Shown here one piece after another: positions 58,316 through 64,000 of a DNA stretch of 64,000 bases. The number at the start of each line of letters is the position of its first letter. Position 1 is the stretch's first letter. Origin of the DNA: the human T2T-CHM13v2.0 reference genome, Homo sapiens; the NCBI RefSeq assembly GCF_009914755.1, contig NC_060931.1, one strand, 5' to 3'. A program made the translations under genes and the position numbers. Below the pieces are notes generated by a model. It saw only the letters and a program-made list of their open reading frames with translations. It made no database searches and was not told where the DNA came from.

Positions 58316-59012
58316 AGAAGCTGTTATGTTAAATCATTTTCATATCAATATGTGAAATATAAGTTAAGCAGGAATCTTTGAAAGAAAATTAATGTGGTAG
58401 AATGATTTCCCATAGATACTGCGTTGGAAGAACTCTCTATAATCCTGAATATCTGATAAATGTTAATTCTTCTCTAGGTACCAAGGTAATAACTTGCGAA
58501 AGTTACTTGGATTTCTATAGTTCTAGTTTATAAGCATTTAAAGAAAGTCTTTGAGGCCTGAATAAAACAAACAAAGAGAAGAATTTATGGGAAAGAAACA
58601 AACCAATATATGACTTTATTAAGTTAGCTTTATTGTGTAAGCTTGAGCATACTTTGATAAATATATAAATCTTGGGTTTATACCAACATATATCAATGCA
58701 GACATTTTGCTAATAAATATTGACTTGTTATAAATAAATTTTACTTCTGGAACTTTAGACATTTGCATCAAACACACAGGACAAACCCATATCCTCTTGC
58801 TTGCCTGAGCCATCTTTATAGCATTCTGGTATTATGGTATCCCATTTTGCTGATTTTATTCAGTGCTAAAACTTGGGGTGGTAATAGTGGAGTAGATCGC
58901 CTCAATATCCTATACTAAGAAAGAAGGCTACCTGCCATCCTTATAGAACAAAATTGATAATCTTAAAACTTTGAACTTTGATAGAAATAGGCCTAGGGAA
59001 TGCTTAGGAGTA

Positions 59013-59111
59013 AGGGAAAATGAATGAATTAGAATTTGTATCACAGTTTTGCCACAGTTAACAGGGAAATGAATGAATTGGAATTTGTAACACAGTTTTG
59101 CCACAGTTAAC
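59013..59111. repeat. Tandem duplication, 2 x ~50 bp
   Basis: agggaaa(a)tgaatgaatt(a/g)gaatttgta(t/a)cacagttttgccacagttaac twice. Confidence 0.97.
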
Positions 59112-59596
59112 TTCGGGCTGCCTCCAACAGGTGAACTTCCTTCTCCATTAGCCCTTGGCCATGTGTGGACTAAAACTCCTACTCTTGGTTTTCCTTATTG
59201 CTGCTGAGAAAGGCTAGAAGTTCCCATAAAACATTGTTAAATTCCTAGGAAAACAAAATAAAACTGAACTTGAAGAATCTGAAAAAACATGAGACATTTC
59301 ATTTTACAGAGTAGAGATTTGAGTTTACTAAGCCTGTTATTTTCAGATAACTGCATAAATTTGTTCATAGCTTGACTGGGAATTGTACTCTTATTACTGT
59401 CTTCTGGAAAGTCAGCATATTTTGACTCAAAATATGGGAATAACATCTCAGTCATCTAAACACTTTTGTTCAAAGCAGAGAGTGGCTTACTTGGCTGCCT
59501 ATCAAAAAAATTCTTCTCAGTTTCAATTCAAATTTCCCTCAGGCACATCTAATTGAGAACAATTATGTAATAGCATTGGAAATACGTTGGTTAAAC

Positions 59597-59634
59597 CACA
59601 CACACACACACACACACTCACACTCACACACACA
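59597..59634. repeat. (CA)n microsatellite
   Basis: Direct inspection; two CT interruptions. Confidence 0.93.
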
Positions 59635-59764
59635 AATTTACCAATTCGAGAACGTCTAATAAGAGGGGGTAAAAAGGAATTGGGCTTTCTTGTATGTGTG
59701 TTATTGAAGGAGAAGTGTAATACAGTGGAAGACAGCAGGGAGACCAGTAGATCTAACATAGGTC

Positions 59765-61650
<1,886 letters not shown>

Positions 61651-62002
61651 TAAGGCAGATACATTTCAGTATTGCCATTAATGCAAAGAAAAACAAGTAT
61701 CCCTGCTACATAGCCTTTACTTGAAAGGTATGACCCTTTGGGAATTTTAGTGGAAAGCTTCAGGTATTTAAGACCCTCTAAGTTAGTGTGATTCAAAATC
61801 TTAATTCTGCCTTCTCTGCAGGGGTCAGCATCTGAGATAACTGCTCACTTTTTCAGTCTTCTTATAGACTACTTTCTCCTGGGTTCCTTGAAGTCTTCAC
61901 TATACATGTGCATTTCAAGGATCAGATAATGGTAAGAGGGACATTTAAATACATATATGAGAGGGGAGCAACCCCTGAATCTTCTTCCTTTATTTTATTT
62001 TA

Positions 62003-62311
<309 letters not shown>

Positions 62312-62432
62312 TGATGTTCAAGCTAGTAAAATTTCATATTTTTGCTTTAATTCTCCATGTTCCATGTCGAAAGATGTTGGAAAAAGTTGAATGTCGAATA
62401 CCCTACAGTTTCTGACTATTTTGCTTCTTTTT

Positions 62433-62733
62433 ATTTTATTTTATTTATTTTATTTTTTTGAGACGGAGTCTCACTCTGTTGCTGGAGTGCAGTGGCACGA
62501 TCTTGGCTCACTGCAATCTCCCCCTCTCGGGATCAAGTGATTCTCCTGCCTAAGCCTCCTGAGTAGCTGGGACTACAGGCGTGTGCCACCACAGCTGGCT
62601 AATTTTTGTATTTTTAGTAGAGACGGGGTTTCACCATGTTGGTCAGGCTGGTCTTGAACTCCTGACCTCATGATCCACCCGCCTTGGTCTCCGAAAGTGC
62701 TGAGATTACAGGCGTGAGCCACCGCGCCTGGCC
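62433..62733 (-). mobile_element. AluS (Sg/Sc-like)
   Basis: Full dimer, gacctcatgatcc; degenerate TSD tgcttcttttt / tgtttctattt. Confidence 0.95.
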
Positions 62734-63229
62734 TGTTTCTATTTAAAAGTGCTTTTAGGGCATAAAACATTCCCTTCCTTCCCCCAAGGTTTTAATAATT
62801 AGTATTATTAGTGGGAATCTTATTCTGATTGAATCTGTCTTGCAATTACTGGAGCCAGAAGACATTTGAGCAATACACTTTTGTATTTGAGGCTCTTCAA
62901 TATGACAGTATATCCCAGTAGGCTATATTTTAATCAAAGGCATAACTTTTTCTTCACATTTGTTTACATCCTCTTAGTCAATGGTAGGCCTTTTCCTTCT
63001 CCAGCCTGCTCCAGGACCAGGAACCTGATTCTCGGTATGGAAATTGTATACTGTCTGCTTGGTTATGAAGGGCTTATTTTGTTTAATATGTAGCTCATTA
63101 AATCTTCCTTGCATTCACCACTTATGATAGCCCCAAAGAGAAGCTTGATTTACATTTCGTACATTTTTCCTTGTAATTAGTACAGGAGTGAAGTTATTTT
63201 ACATTGTTCTACATCCTAACTAGAAGGGG

Positions 63230-63830
63230 AGATGATCTGCTTTCATTTTGAAAAAAATATTTTTACTGGATATGGAAATAAAGGTTGGCAGTTATATTCA
63301 TTTAGCATTTTAAAGATATCATTACATTGTTGTCAGGTTTCCATGAATTTAATGAAAAGTCAGTTGTTATGCTCACTGTCATTTCGTGGCAGGCAATATT
63401 TTATTATTTCCTTCTTCTTGCTGTTTTTCAGACTGGTTTCTTCCTTTCTGGTTTTCAGAAGTTTTGCCATAGTGCTTAGGTGTGATTTTCTCTATTTCTA
63501 TTATATGTGGGATTTGCATCACCATTGGAATTCAGGGCTCAATATCTTCTATGGCTATGAAAATTCTTTACACTTATCTCATTATATACTGCTCTGACAC
63601 ACTCTCAATTATAAAAATTACACATGTATTATATTTTTTCCCATGATGGTACTATATCTCTCACACTCTTGTCTATATTTCCCATCCCCTTTTTCTCTTT
63701 ATGCTACAGTCTGGATATTTTTAATTGATATTTTATCCAGGTGAATAATCTTCTGGGGTTTTTTTTTGTCCAATCTCTAATAATTTATTAAAGGAAGTTT
63801 AGAGGTTCAGAAACTATTTTCTTGGTCCTT
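63230..63830 (-). mobile_element. Old L1M fragment
   Basis: ttcattttgaaaaaaatatttttactggatatggaa...ggttggcagttattc...ttttaaagatatcattacattg. Confidence 0.65.
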
Positions 63831-64000
63831 AAATAATTTTTTATGATTATGTGATTGCACAAAGTACATAAGCACAAACCATTTTTGTAATCTTTATTCT
63901 CTTCACCAAAGTCAATGCTTGATACACCTTTTCTCCTGGTATCTATCTGTATTGATCTTTATGATTTCCCCTTCTATCACTTTATTAAATGTCCTAATTT

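Overview
AT-rich, non-coding great-ape or human-type genomic DNA (intronic or intergenic), dominated by transposable-element relics. I count 17 Alus (J, S and Y classes, most with visible target-site duplications, TSDs). There is also a 5'-truncated L1PA2/3, older L1MA/MB/MC/ME pieces, L2, MIR and L3/CR1 fragments, a complete solo LTR1, a nested MLT1>MSTB>(MER1B, Alu) cluster, other MaLR/ERVL LTRs, and several DNA-transposon fossils. No host protein-coding gene, RNA gene or CRISPR can be supported. The only ORFs with recognisable homology are frameshifted L1 ORF2 remnants. I found no evidence of a new gene system. The most unusual signals are structural: (1) three short non-tandem local duplications 1-4 kb apart, two crossing repeat-repeat junctions and two with copies about 450 bp from each other; (2) an old L1MA with twin-priming inversion geometry; (3) a ~490-bp palindrome-rich TA/TG minisatellite lying inside an Alu's TSDs; (4) an Alu sitting at a large deletion in an MST provirus; (5) small template-switch scars. 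Family and subfamily names come from recalled consensus motifs, not a database search, and boundaries of old elements are approximate.
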